Positions 9,875-20,500 of a stretch of DNA of 64,000 nucleotides are shown in pieces. Source of the DNA: Promethearchaeia archaeon (GTDB lineage: Archaea > Asgardarchaeota > Lokiarchaeia > Sigyniarchaeales > SOKP01); NCBI GenBank assembly GCA_046483985.1, contig JAWOCD010000111.1:13521-77520 (forward strand), in the 5' to 3' direction. The first letter of the stretch is position 1. Every line of letters starts with the position of its first letter. The notes beneath the pieces are model-generated. The model searched no databases, was not told the DNA's origin, and saw only the letters and a program-made list of their open reading frames with translations. The position numbers and the translations under genes are program-made.

Positions 9875-9916
9875 TGATTTAAGTTTAGAAGAAAAAAATT
9901 CTATACCGATAATGAA

Positions 9917-11431
9917 ATGAGAAAGTTTTCCAATTACAAGAAAGTCTTCACAGAGATTGGACTTTTTATTTTAATTCTAATTGGAGTATCTCTAACACGA
10001 CTTCATAATTATCTTCTTTTTCATACTATTGTGGAGTCATATTCTATATTTATAGCTTTAGTGATCTTTATTTTTGCTTGGACAACACGAAAAGAAATAG
10101 ATAATTCCTTTTTTTTAGTGCTGAGTATTTCTTCAATGTTTGTAGCGATTCTTGATTTTATACATACACTAGTTTTTCCGGGAATGAACATCATTACAGG
10201 GAGCAATACCAATCTTGCATCTCAGTTTTGGATTGCCACAAGATTTCTGCAAGTATTTTCAATACTGGGGAGTATATGGGCAATTAATAAAAAAGTTAGA
10301 CCGAATTTGTTAATGTTAATTTATAGTTTAATAACAAGTGTCTTAATAATTATGATTTTCTCTGGTTTTTTCCCCGTTACTTATAGCGAAAGTACGGGAT
10401 TGACGCCGTTTAAAATAACTAGCGAATATATTATAATATTAATCATATTGGTTGCAATTTTTTTAATTTATTACTTCAGAAATCAGTTTGAGAAAAACAT
10501 TTACTATCTCATTGAGGGTTTTCTTGTAACTCTGATCATCTCAGAGTTCTCTTTTACCTTGTATTTAAGTGCATATGAACTCCCCAATTTAATGGGTCAT
10601 ATTTTTAAAATCGTTGCATTTTATTTTCTTTATAAATCAATAATTCAGATTGGGCTTAAAAATCCCGTCCAGCTCCTGTTTAGAAAACTGAATTTATCAA
10701 AAATTAAATTTGAGAATGCCTACAATCGAGCTAATTTTCTCATGAATTTAATTGCTCACGATATTAATAACATTTTGCAGGTTATTCAATTCGGAGTTGA
10801 AAACTCGAAGAACATCGTTAATTCCTCCGACAAGAATAAATCTCTGGAGGAAAGTCTCCAACTAATCGAAAATCAAGTTAGAGACGGTTCAAAATTGGTA
10901 AAAAATGTCATAAACTTATCCAAACTTGAAGATAAAGACATAATAATTAAAAAAGTTGAAATTAATCAAATTTTGGAAGAAAAAGTAGCTCAAGTTATGA
11001 AACGCTATCAAGACAGGGATCTGACAATCAAAATAAAAGCTACAAATGAACATATGTATGCTTATGCCAATGATCTATTAGGTGAAGTGTTCGATAATCT
11101 CTTGGTCAATGCAATTAAACACAATAGAGATATGAAACTAGAAATTCTTATAAGGGTTACTCGGGACCAACGAAAAGATAAAAGTTACATAAAGATAGAA
11201 TTCATAGATAACGGCAAGGGTATTGAAGATAGTAGAAAAGAAACCTTATTTAAGGGGGATTTAACCCCAAAGGAAAGCATACACGGGATGGGGTTAGGGT
11301 TATCGCTCGTAAAAAGAATTATAGATCTCTTTAAAGGTAAGATTTGGATAGAAGACAGGGTAAAGGGAAATCACACAAAAGGTTGTAATTTCATAATTTT
11401 AATCCCTGAGGCTAGTAAAATGAGGTATTGA
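9917..11431 (+). CDS. MASE3-domain sensor histidine kinase
   Basis: HNYLLFHTIVE MASE3 start, multiple TMs, H-box AHDINNIL, N-box NLLVNAIKH, DNGKGI, GMGLGL. Confidence 0.9.
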   Translation: MRKFSNYKKVFTEIGLFILILIGVSLTRLHNYLLFHTIVESYSIFIALVIFIFAWTTRKEIDNSFFLVLSISSMFVAILDFIHTLVFPGMNIITGSNTNLASQFWIATRFLQVFSILGSIWAINKKVRPNLLMLIYSLITSVLIIMIFSGFFPVTYSESTGLTPFKITSEYIIILIILVAIFLIYYFRNQFEKNIYYLIEGFLVTLIISEFSFTLYLSAYELPNLMGHIFKIVAFYFLYKSIIQIGLKNPVQLLFRKLNLSKIKFENAYNRANFLMNLIAHDINNILQVIQFGVENSKNIVNSSDKNKSLEESLQLIENQVRDGSKLVKNVINLSKLEDKDIIIKKVEINQILEEKVAQVMKRYQDRDLTIKIKATNEHMYAYANDLLGEVFDNLLVNAIKHNRDMKLEILIRVTRDQRKDKSYIKIEFIDNGKGIEDSRKETLFKGDLTPKESIHGMGLGLSLVKRIIDLFKGKIWIEDRVKGNHTKGCNFIILIPEASKMRY

Positions 11432-11432
11432 A

Positions 11433-11455
11433 GACTTCTTTCGCAGATCGTTAAA
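11433..11455 (+). repeat. Dispersed repeat GACTTCTTTCGCAGATCGTTAAA, copy 1
   Basis: Identical to 39201-39223; 21 bp identical to reverse complement of 61959-61979. Confidence 0.85.
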
Positions 11456-11774
11456 AGATCTTGAATGGATATTTTTGGATTACTGTGTTTTCTCATCGCT
11501 TTAATTACATTCTTACTTCATAAATGACAAAATTTCCATAATTTATTCAATATTTCTTGAAAAGGAAATTACTCTGAAAAGCTTAGAAAGTAAAATACCC
11601 CCTCTAAGAATGGGTCCCAATAAATATTATTCCTTAATAAATAATAAGACGGAGGAGTCTAAAGAAAAGGTTTCTAACTTCTTGTTAATCTTGGAAATTA
11701 TTTTTTCCTCATCATCCCCCTATAAATCTTAAAATTGAATGGAACATAATTTTATATTGAGGAAATCTTAGACT

Positions 11775-12302
11775 ATGAGTGAAACAAAATCATCGGATCG
11801 AGCCAGCGAATCGTATAAAGGTAAAGTAAAGCATCTTATATTGACCATTCCATTATTATTCTTGATAATTGTAATCTTTCTTTATATTAGCTCTTTAAAT
11901 TTAAGTTTCGGGGTCATTTATATTAGTTTTTACATTGCGACAAATTTTTTTCAAGCATATTGTTGCGTATATCAAAAATGCCCATATATTGGAAAATATT
12001 GTCCAGGAATCGCATGCTTATATCCCGCAAGCCTTATTGCTCAGTTACCGATTTATCAAAATATGAAAAGAACGGAAAAACGGTTCAATACTTTCGTCGC
12101 CTTAGCTGAAATCTCGTTATGTTGTTTTGTTGTATTCCCACTTTTCTTTCTTTATGACTTAGGATTACTTTATTTTGTGGGTTATGGTGTATTTTTTCTT
12201 ATTTATGCGTTTTTATTCCTCTGGTTTATATGTCCAGACTGTGCGATTAAGAATACATGTCCTGCCGGAATAGCCTCCCAAAAACTTCGTAAGCAGCAAT
12301 AA
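11775..12302 (+). CDS. Cys-rich 4-TM hypothetical membrane protein
   Basis: Four hydrophobic helices with CCVYQKCPYIGKYCPG and ICPDCAIKNTCP. Confidence 0.75.
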   Translation: MSETKSSDRASESYKGKVKHLILTIPLLFLIIVIFLYISSLNLSFGVIYISFYIATNFFQAYCCVYQKCPYIGKYCPGIACLYPASLIAQLPIYQNMKRTEKRFNTFVALAEISLCCFVVFPLFFLYDLGLLYFVGYGVFFLIYAFLFLWFICPDCAIKNTCPAGIASQKLRKQQ

Positions 12303-12483
12303 GATTTTTTTTGAAGGGATCGAAAAATGGAAGACAAAATAGTTATAAGATTATGACCAAAAATGAGATTGCACAGAAAATCAAAAGCAGCTTTCTATTC
12401 TGCAAATATATATTTTTTATCTTCAATTCTTTAAATTTTTTTAGCCCATAAATTTTAAAAAGAAGATAATCATACAGATAAGT

Positions 12484-13308
12484 ATGTTACAAACCATAGG
12501 GGGCCCCTTGTTTGAGTGGTTTTTTAATAACCTTTTTAAACTAATTTTTTCCATAATAACAATCTTAGTGGGGTATGTGATTTTTAAAATAATTAAAAGG
12601 CAGGTTTCGAAGTTAGTAGAAAACAATAAAATTAAAAGGAGAATGGCGAAAAATATCCTCAAATTTATTAGAATTTTTATTGTTATTATCCTCATTAGTG
12701 TAATTACCGCTCAATTTACAGAAGTATTAGGTTATTTCACGGGTATACTTGCTGTTGTGGGGGGTACGATAGTTGGTTTTGCTGCAATGAATACGCTTGG
12801 CAATTTAATAGCGGGTTTAATCATTATGGTTAGTAAACCGTTTATCGTGGGAGATAGAATCCTCTATGAGGAAAAAATCGCAGATGTAGTAAGTATCAAT
12901 TTAATTTATACCGTTATTGTAGATCTGGATTCTTTACGAATTCATATTCCCAATCAACGATTATTACAAGAGGAAATCACTAATTTAGGCAAAGACAATA
13001 TAATAAGAAGAGGGATTAGAGTTACACCAGGGTTTGAGGAAGATAGACATAAAGTAGAAAGGGTATTAATTGAAGCTGCGGAGGAAGTTCCAGAGGTACT
13101 AAACTATCCAGAACCCTATGTATGGATTAATTCATTTCAAAATTATGCGGTAGAATATATTTTATATGTTTTCATCAGGGATATTAAAAATTTACCGGAA
13201 ATTGAATCTGAACTTCATAAAAAAGTTTTTGATTTATGCAAAGCAAACAATATAGATATCAGTACCCCTCTCTTACATCAAGAGAGAGAAGAAGATAAAA
13301 GAGGATAA
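12484..13308 (+). CDS. MscS-family mechanosensitive channel
   Basis: 3 TMs, VGFAAMNTLGNLIAGLII..KPFIVGDRI, IPNQ. Confidence 0.9.
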   Translation: MLQTIGGPLFEWFFNNLFKLIFSIITILVGYVIFKIIKRQVSKLVENNKIKRRMAKNILKFIRIFIVIILISVITAQFTEVLGYFTGILAVVGGTIVGFAAMNTLGNLIAGLIIMVSKPFIVGDRILYEEKIADVVSINLIYTVIVDLDSLRIHIPNQRLLQEEITNLGKDNIIRRGIRVTPGFEEDRHKVERVLIEAAEEVPEVLNYPEPYVWINSFQNYAVEYILYVFIRDIKNLPEIESELHKKVFDLCKANNIDISTPLLHQEREEDKRG

Positions 13309-13553
13309 GAGAAGAGGTTAGAAGATATATCCATACCTAAATCAAGCTGTTCCATTCAATCCAAGAGGAAAGAGTGGGATCGATTATGGTGGACCGTTCG
13401 GAAAGAACGCCAGCAACGCTAATGATAAATCTCACGAACTTGAGGTGGTTTTGAGGAAAGAGAACGGGTAAAGATCAAATTTTCATTTATCAGCGGTTAC
13501 ATGCGGTGGCATATGGCATTTTAGATTTCTTAGTGGTTAATCCAAGTTAAAAG

Positions 13554-15731
13554 TTAATACTCAATTTCTTTGGGATTTCCATAAACGGAAAAGGTCGTTT
13601 CTATTAGATGGGAATCCATCAAATGAGCACTTCTCTTATCTGGTTGTTGCCCCCCAATAAAAACAGTAAATTTTCCAGGTTCCAGAATGCATTTTCCCTG
13701 CACATTAATCAAAGCCATATCTCGCGGTGTAATATTAAAAGTGATCCGCGTCTTCTCATTTGGTAAAAGAACAATTCTTTTGAATCCGCGCAACTCATAT
13801 TTAGGAACCCGAACGGATGCTTCCATATCCTTGAGATATAATTGTACAACTTCACCCCCCTTTCTTTTTCCCGTATTCGTTACATCGACTGAAATTTCCA
13901 CTGAATCACCCAGATTTATTTCTTTCTGACTAAGCGTCAAATTAGAATACTGAAATGTCGTATAACTTAATCCGAACCCGAAAGAATATAATGGTTCCGT
14001 TTGAGAATATCGATAAGTGCGATTTTTCATACTATAGTCCAAGAAAGGCGGTAAATCATCCTCGTTCTTGGGAAATGTAATAGGAAGCCTCCCTGCAGGA
14101 TTATAATCCCCGAAAATAACATCGGCTATGGCTTGCCCGCCCATTTCCCCAGGATACCAAGCTTCAATTATAGCAGGGATATTTTTTTGAGCCCAGTTTA
14201 CGGTCATGGGGCTCCCGTTTAATAAAACAAGTATAATATTAGTATTGACATCATAAAGCTTTTCTAATAGGATTTGCTGTGACGAGGGGAGTCCTAAAAA
14301 TTCCCTATCGTCATCATTCCACGGAAAGCTGGAATCCTCCCCCTCATATTTCTGCGAAATTCCTAATACCGCCAAAACCAATTCCGAATTTTTAGCAATC
14401 TCAATAGCCTCACTAAAACCCCGGGTGGAATGAGATCGCATTTTACAGCCTTGAGCATACCGAGTCTCGACGGTCGATCCCAATTTATTTCGAATAGCAC
14501 GTAAGGGAGTCACATATTTTGAGAACATTCCATGATAATTGCCCAGAAGAACCTCATAATCGTCTGCATTTGGACCAATTACTGCGATTGACTTGACATC
14601 CGAGGAATAAGGAAGAAAGTTATCGTGATTTTTCAATAAGACTATGGATTGTCGAGCCGCCTTCAACGCCAAGCGTCTGTGCTGTTTGCAATCGTTCACC
14701 TTTAAAGGAATTTGTTGATATTCGCAGAGTTCTGGTGGATCGAACATTCCTAATTGGAATCGAGCCATAAATAATCGTTTTACTGCTCTATTAATATGAT
14801 ATTCCGAAATTAGCCCTTTCTTGTAGGCAATCGGCAACCAGCGATAAGTTCTTCCACAATTCAAGTCGCATCCGCTTTTTACAGCCTTTGCGGCAGATTT
14901 ATAAAATCGATTAGTATACTTATGCCCTAAGGGACGATTAAAATCTGCAATAGCCCCACAATCCGAGACAATGTATCCGTCAAATCCCCATTTCTCCCGT
15001 AAAATGTGCTGCAATAATTCAGAATTTGCACAAGCGGGATATTCATTCACGCGATTATAGGCACACATTACTGAGGACGCTTGTCCTTCCGTGATACATT
15101 TCTTAAAGTGCGGGAGATAAGATTCATACAAGTCCTTTTTATGAACCAGAATATTCATACGATGTCGATATTTTTCTGGACCACTATGCACTGCATAGTG
15201 TTTTGGCGTGGCAATCACTCTGAAATATTTAGGGTGATCTCCTTGCAGTCCTTTGATGAAAGCGACCCCCATCTTGCCAGTCAGATAGGGACATTCCCCA
15301 TAGGTTTCCTGTCCCCGTCCCCAGCGAGGATCTCTAAATAAATTAATATTTGGACTCCAAAAAGTTAAGCCTTGATACTTCCCCCGTTCCCCTTTAGGGC
15401 TATGTTCATGGTGATGTTTAGCCCGCGCTTCTTTTCCGATGGCTTGAGCGATCTGGTAATGCAGATCGGTATTGAAAGTAGCGGCCAATCCAATTGCTTG
15501 GGGAAATACTGTCGCTATACCAGCGCCTGCCACCCCATGTAAACATTCATTCCACCAGTTATATTCTTGGATATTAAGACGGGGAATAGCGGGCGCATTA
15601 TAGCGCATTTGGGACATCTTTTCTTTTAGAGTCATTCGAGAGACGAGATCGTCCACTCGTTCTTCAAAGGTTAAGTTGGTATTTAAATAAGGTGGTATTG
15701 CATTTTTGTTGTTCTCCTTTTTACTGGGCAT
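13554..15731 (-). CDS. GH3 beta-xylosidase/beta-glucosidase (no signal peptide evident)
   Basis: WWNECLHG, WSPNINLFRDPRWGRGQETYGE, PKHY, VSDCGA nucleophile, C-terminal FN3-like domain. Confidence 0.93.
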   Translation of the reverse strand: MPSKKENNKNAIPPYLNTNLTFEERVDDLVSRMTLKEKMSQMRYNAPAIPRLNIQEYNWWNECLHGVAGAGIATVFPQAIGLAATFNTDLHYQIAQAIGKEARAKHHHEHSPKGERGKYQGLTFWSPNINLFRDPRWGRGQETYGECPYLTGKMGVAFIKGLQGDHPKYFRVIATPKHYAVHSGPEKYRHRMNILVHKKDLYESYLPHFKKCITEGQASSVMCAYNRVNEYPACANSELLQHILREKWGFDGYIVSDCGAIADFNRPLGHKYTNRFYKSAAKAVKSGCDLNCGRTYRWLPIAYKKGLISEYHINRAVKRLFMARFQLGMFDPPELCEYQQIPLKVNDCKQHRRLALKAARQSIVLLKNHDNFLPYSSDVKSIAVIGPNADDYEVLLGNYHGMFSKYVTPLRAIRNKLGSTVETRYAQGCKMRSHSTRGFSEAIEIAKNSELVLAVLGISQKYEGEDSSFPWNDDDREFLGLPSSQQILLEKLYDVNTNIILVLLNGSPMTVNWAQKNIPAIIEAWYPGEMGGQAIADVIFGDYNPAGRLPITFPKNEDDLPPFLDYSMKNRTYRYSQTEPLYSFGFGLSYTTFQYSNLTLSQKEINLGDSVEISVDVTNTGKRKGGEVVQLYLKDMEASVRVPKYELRGFKRIVLLPNEKTRITFNITPRDMALINVQGKCILEPGKFTVFIGGQQPDKRSAHLMDSHLIETTFSVYGNPKEIEY

Positions 15732-16071
15732 TTGATAAATATTATTGGTTTATTCTTATTAAGTTTTGATTTTGATAAATTACGAAAGAATCCGAAGGGT
15801 ATACACAAATACGGGACAAGAATATAATTGTAAATTGATGGTTCATGAAGAACCGTTTGAGAAGAAGAATAACCGAACGGTCAAGATAGTTTATATTACC
15901 GAGCGGGGATTACTTCATAGCATAATTTATTTACCGATCGGAAAATGATGGACAGATTTCTGGAATATTATTACAGATAATAGATTCAATTAAAAATAAT
16001 GGTTTATTTACTTAGATAGATTATATTATAATTATAAATTAGAAAAAATTAACATCATAAAGGATTATTTT

Positions 16072-17790
16072 ATGAGAGATTTAATCATTAAAGATGGAGT
16101 AGTTTACGATCCACTAAATGAAATAAACGGAGAAAAGAAAGATATCTATATTAACAATGGTAAAATCGCGGAAAAACCGAGTAATGATGCTAAAGTTATC
16201 GATGCATCCGATATGGTCGTTTTTCCTGGCGGTGTTGATATACACTCTCATATTGCGGGAGCCAAAGTGAATTCGGGGAGGTCATTTCGACCTGAAGACC
16301 ACTTTATTGACCCTGTGAAGAAAACGAAAAACACTAGAAGTGGTGTAGGTTATTCGGTCCCCAGTACCCATGTTACGGGATACCGATATGCAAAACTCGG
16401 CTATACAACTATCATGGAACCGGCAATGCCTTTGCTTGAATCTCGACATACCCATGAAGAATTTCTCGATACTCCGATAATTGATAAGGCTGCTTTCCCG
16501 CTCTTCGGAAATAATTGGTTTGTTATGCAATTTCTGAGAGATAAAGACTATGATAAACTTGCGGGATATGTTCAATGGATTTTGAAGGCAACTAAAGGAT
16601 ATGCAGTGAAAATTGTGAATCCCGGCGGAGTTGAGAATTGGGCATGGGGAAAAAATGTGGAATCGTTGGATGATCAAGTACTTCATTGGGGTGTAACTCC
16701 ACGTGAAATTTTGGAAGGGCTAGCAAAAGCGAATGAAAAATTAGGCTTACCACACACCATTCATATCCACGCAAATAATCTGGGACATCCCGGAAATTAT
16801 AAACACACCCTTAAAACATTTGATACGTTGAAAAAAGTAGAACCAAAGAAAGGACGAGATAATGTTGTTCATTTAACCCATTGTCAGTTTAATGCGTATG
16901 GAGGGTCCAACTGGGGTAATTTTCGATCAGCCGCCCCAGAAGTTGCAGAATATTTGAACCATAACAAACATGTAACTATTGATATGGGTCAAGTAGTTTT
17001 TGCGAAAGCCGCCACCACAACAATGACCGCAGACGGTCCTTGGGAATTTGCGCTTCATCATTTAAGCGGACATTCAGCGTGGGGTGCAAAACCCGGGGTT
17101 AAGTGGATTAATGGGCAAGTGGAAGGAGAATCTGGCTCGGGAATTGTACCGTATTATTTCGATCCAAAAGTAGGAGTTAATGCCATTCAATGGGCAATTG
17201 GCCTTGAATTAGCGCTGCTGGTCGACAACCCATGGCAAGTATTTATGACCACGGACCATCCAAATGGTGGACCATTTATCTATTATCCAAAAATCGTTCG
17301 TTGGTTAATGGACAGAAAATCAAGAAATGATATGTTGGATAATGTATGCTCACCGAAAGCTAAGTCTCAAACACAGCTGTACGATATTGATCGTGAACTT
17401 TCACTCTACGAAATCGCAGTTATGACTCGTGCGGGTACTTCAAAAGTTCTGGGATTAGATGATAGAGGTCATCTCGGCATAGGTGGAATTGGTGATGTGA
17501 GTATATTTGATCTTGACCCAGAAGAAAGTGATGGGCATGCAATCGAAAAGGCGTTCTCAAATGCAGCCTATACCATTAAAGACGGAAAGATCGTGGTGAA
17601 AGACGGAGAGATCGTAAGTAGCCCTCTGGGCACTACTTTAATATCAGAAGGGCAAATCGATGATCGAAAGTTTGAAGCAACTCTAGGCTCTGTGAAAGGG
17701 CGATGGAGAGATCACTATAGCATTAACTTTAACAACTATGAAATTGGAGATCATTATACTCCGAAGAGCAAAAAAATTATGGGCTCATAA
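16072..17790 (+). CDS. fwdA: Formylmethanofuran dehydrogenase subunit A
   Basis: GGVDIHSHIAG, KIVNPGG, HIHANNLGHPGN, TTDHPNGGPF. Confidence 0.96.
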   Translation: MRDLIIKDGVVYDPLNEINGEKKDIYINNGKIAEKPSNDAKVIDASDMVVFPGGVDIHSHIAGAKVNSGRSFRPEDHFIDPVKKTKNTRSGVGYSVPSTHVTGYRYAKLGYTTIMEPAMPLLESRHTHEEFLDTPIIDKAAFPLFGNNWFVMQFLRDKDYDKLAGYVQWILKATKGYAVKIVNPGGVENWAWGKNVESLDDQVLHWGVTPREILEGLAKANEKLGLPHTIHIHANNLGHPGNYKHTLKTFDTLKKVEPKKGRDNVVHLTHCQFNAYGGSNWGNFRSAAPEVAEYLNHNKHVTIDMGQVVFAKAATTTMTADGPWEFALHHLSGHSAWGAKPGVKWINGQVEGESGSGIVPYYFDPKVGVNAIQWAIGLELALLVDNPWQVFMTTDHPNGGPFIYYPKIVRWLMDRKSRNDMLDNVCSPKAKSQTQLYDIDRELSLYEIAVMTRAGTSKVLGLDDRGHLGIGGIGDVSIFDLDPEESDGHAIEKAFSNAAYTIKDGKIVVKDGEIVSSPLGTTLISEGQIDDRKFEATLGSVKGRWRDHYSINFNNYEIGDHYTPKSKKIMGS

Positions 17791-18046
17791 AAACTTAATT
17801 GTTTTTCTCTACTTTTTCTTTTTGTTATAATTGATAAATTTCGGCAAATACGGCATACGCCTCTTCTTGAGTGGCACGAATCCTTTTAGCTTGATTGTTT
17901 GGAAACTATCCCCAAAATGATGAGATTGATTGATCGAGAGAGAGAAAACAGGACTAAATAATTGGGTTGGGTCTATAGATTTAAATAAAAAATAATGTAA
18001 TACTAATATATATTCAAAAAACACAATTAATTGAAGAGAGAAAAAA

Positions 18047-18721
18047 ATGGTGGATAGTCATAAAAAGACCTTTTTTGGAGAAGATGCCGCGATTATGATT
18101 CAAAGTACCTCCAAGGGAGACGAGTCAATTTTTTTATCCGCATTCGGAAAATTATCTGACAATAAATGGGAGAAACCTTCTCAAGGTCAAGGGAAAAAGA
18201 TCAAATTGTCTTTAGAAGAGATAGTGTTAGTGTTAAGGGTTCTTAAGCAGGAAAAGAAAGCATGGTCTACTTATCATACTTATCAAGAAAAGGAAACTCC
18301 AATTGCCTTTAATTGGACTGCCGCTGAAACATTATCAATAAAGATAGATATTTATTTTATTCAGTTGAGTTTTGCCCCAGTTGAGATAATGCGATTATTG
18401 CTTAAGCATATATTAGATGAAAAAATAAGGTATGCAACTACTCCAGGAACAAGCCAAAAGAGAATTACTTCAACACCACCGAAGTCTGGTAATAAAAAGC
18501 CTCAAAAGTCGAATAACACATCTAAAGAAAGGAGCAGATTGGATGGAGCCATTAGTGGGAAAACTGCTAAAGCGTTATTGATTCGATTTGAGGGAGGGAA
18601 AGAAGAATGGATCCCAAAAAGCACAATTCATAATGACTATGACAGTGAAGAAGGAGTAATTCAGCCTTTTTTAATTGACAATTGGGTCTTGAAGAAAAAC
18701 GGAATTATTGAAAATGAATAA
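18047..18721 (+). CDS. Two-domain hypothetical protein (basic linker; C-terminal TxKALLI..WIPKS beta domain)
   Basis: Clean ATG ORF with normal composition; no family recognised with certainty. Confidence 0.75.
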   Translation: MVDSHKKTFFGEDAAIMIQSTSKGDESIFLSAFGKLSDNKWEKPSQGQGKKIKLSLEEIVLVLRVLKQEKKAWSTYHTYQEKETPIAFNWTAAETLSIKIDIYFIQLSFAPVEIMRLLLKHILDEKIRYATTPGTSQKRITSTPPKSGNKKPQKSNNTSKERSRLDGAISGKTAKALLIRFEGGKEEWIPKSTIHNDYDSEEGVIQPFLIDNWVLKKNGIIENE

Positions 18722-18833
18722 ATCCATTGACAATGTCCTAAAAGCGAATAAAAATAAAAAGATGAGATTATTTATTTTTAGTTAATTAATTTCACAAGAG
18801 TCTTCTATATCTCTATTTGAGTTTTTTCTTTTA

Positions 18834-20390
18834 CTAACTCTTTGGCTTTTCCTCTTCTCCGTCAATATCTTTTTCCTCCTTTGGCTCTTGTTGCACTTCT
18901 GATTCCTTTAAGGGCTCGTTTTCCGTTGAAGGCTCGGATTCTTTTTTGAGCTTTTCATATTCTTCTGAGACTTCTGAGACTTCTGAGACCCTCCCTGCTT
19001 TAGAGGTTTTTGCTTTTTTCAGAGAAATTTCTTGCCTACCTTTCAGTTTCAATTTCTCATTTGCCAAAAAGGTTTGAAATATTGTATTTTCCATTTGATC
19101 GGATTTAATAGCGTCACGCTTTTCCAGATATCCAGTATATCGTCCTAAAACAAAGATAACCTCCGCTCGGGTATAATGCGAACGCATGATGAGATTCCTT
19201 CGCTCGAGAATATACCTGGAATACCAGAGATAGAAAATGAGCGTAACTACTAATACTAAGAAGTTCGTTACCATGCTTATCTGACTTGTGTTGGAAAAAA
19301 CACCCGTTAATTGTCCGGCACCGGTTAATAAGATAACTTGGCCTTCGATGTAGAATAAAGTAAAAGCGTATAAGAGAAATGGAAGATTATTCTCTGAAAT
19401 GAACTTAGATGTACCAATCTTGCTTCCCAGACTTCTTAAAACCATAATTGCCGTAAATACCAACAATAAGACATCCCCTACTGCCGAAAATATATCTGTG
19501 GCACCAGTTTCAATTTCTCCAGAAAGATGCCGAATGAAATTAAAGGATCTATACCAAATAAGAATCCAAATTAATATGTAAAATATCGACGAGAATATAT
19601 TGGGTGTTTCATTCCGCTTGCTCTTAATGGTTAAATTGGTTAACCAATAAGAGGTTACAGCAATAATTATGAACATGCCAACATTCCATGCCATAAACCA
19701 ATAAAACGGTTCTCCAGGATCATTTCCATTTTCGGGCGCAAAAAGATCCCATAGGCCCCATAGAGAGCCGACTTGCATTATAACGGGTACAATTAACGCG
19801 ATAACGAGGAAAATTATCATCACAGTATTTTGTTTCTGGGAATCAATATCACTTGGCATCGCTTTGTTGTTCACCTTCAGCGATATTTCCTCAAAACCCG
19901 TTTTAATAAAGAGGATTTGGATAATATTCCATCCAAAATAAATAATTATCAGAATCGGAGGGAGAAGTAAATCCCATCCCAAAAATTCAACGGGTAAATC
20001 GGCGGATCCGCCCAAGGTGAAGTATAATATCATGATTACTATACTAGGCACAAGACACAGCAAAAAGATATAGAACTTATTTCTATCGAAACGATTCTCC
20101 GTAGAAAAGAAATAATCCTCCAATTGAGGAATACGAGAGAAAACCATCAGAAAGAGAAAAGTCAGAGCTATAGTCGTCGCTAAAAATAAAACTATATTTC
20201 CAATATTCGCTATATCAAGTAAACTGATGAGCGAAATGATCAAAGCAGAGAGAAAAAAGATAATAGTATAGAGAAAATGACTATCACTAAAAATTTTATG
20301 AAAGTTTTTGTCGATGATCTCTTTTAACTTTGCAATGTATTTATTTTCGGTTTCATCTGCTGATTTTATTTGATTTGTTTGTTCTGTCAT
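18834..20390 (-). CDS. Polytopic membrane protein with acidic low-complexity tail
   Basis: About 10 hydrophobic segments; VSE x3 repeat and E/K-rich C-terminus. Confidence 0.8.
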   Translation of the reverse strand: MTEQTNQIKSADETENKYIAKLKEIIDKNFHKIFSDSHFLYTIIFFLSALIISLISLLDIANIGNIVLFLATTIALTFLFLMVFSRIPQLEDYFFSTENRFDRNKFYIFLLCLVPSIVIMILYFTLGGSADLPVEFLGWDLLLPPILIIIYFGWNIIQILFIKTGFEEISLKVNNKAMPSDIDSQKQNTVMIIFLVIALIVPVIMQVGSLWGLWDLFAPENGNDPGEPFYWFMAWNVGMFIIIAVTSYWLTNLTIKSKRNETPNIFSSIFYILIWILIWYRSFNFIRHLSGEIETGATDIFSAVGDVLLLVFTAIMVLRSLGSKIGTSKFISENNLPFLLYAFTLFYIEGQVILLTGAGQLTGVFSNTSQISMVTNFLVLVVTLIFYLWYSRYILERRNLIMRSHYTRAEVIFVLGRYTGYLEKRDAIKSDQMENTIFQTFLANEKLKLKGRQEISLKKAKTSKAGRVSEVSEVSEEYEKLKKESEPSTENEPLKESEVQQEPKEEKDIDGEEEKPKS

Positions 20391-20500
20391 TGAGAAACGA
20401 CCTAACTATTTATTAATAATATATAGAATGATTCTTATTTAATGTTGTTGAAATCTTTAATCAGATAAATTTTAAATTTGAGGAAAAATAAAGAATATTT

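Noticed and set aside
11465-11527. 20-aa hydrophobic ORF MDIFGLLCFLIALITFLLHK as a type I toxin
   Set aside because: No SD or clear promoter and no antisense partner; hydrophobic micro-ORFs arise easily in T-rich DNA
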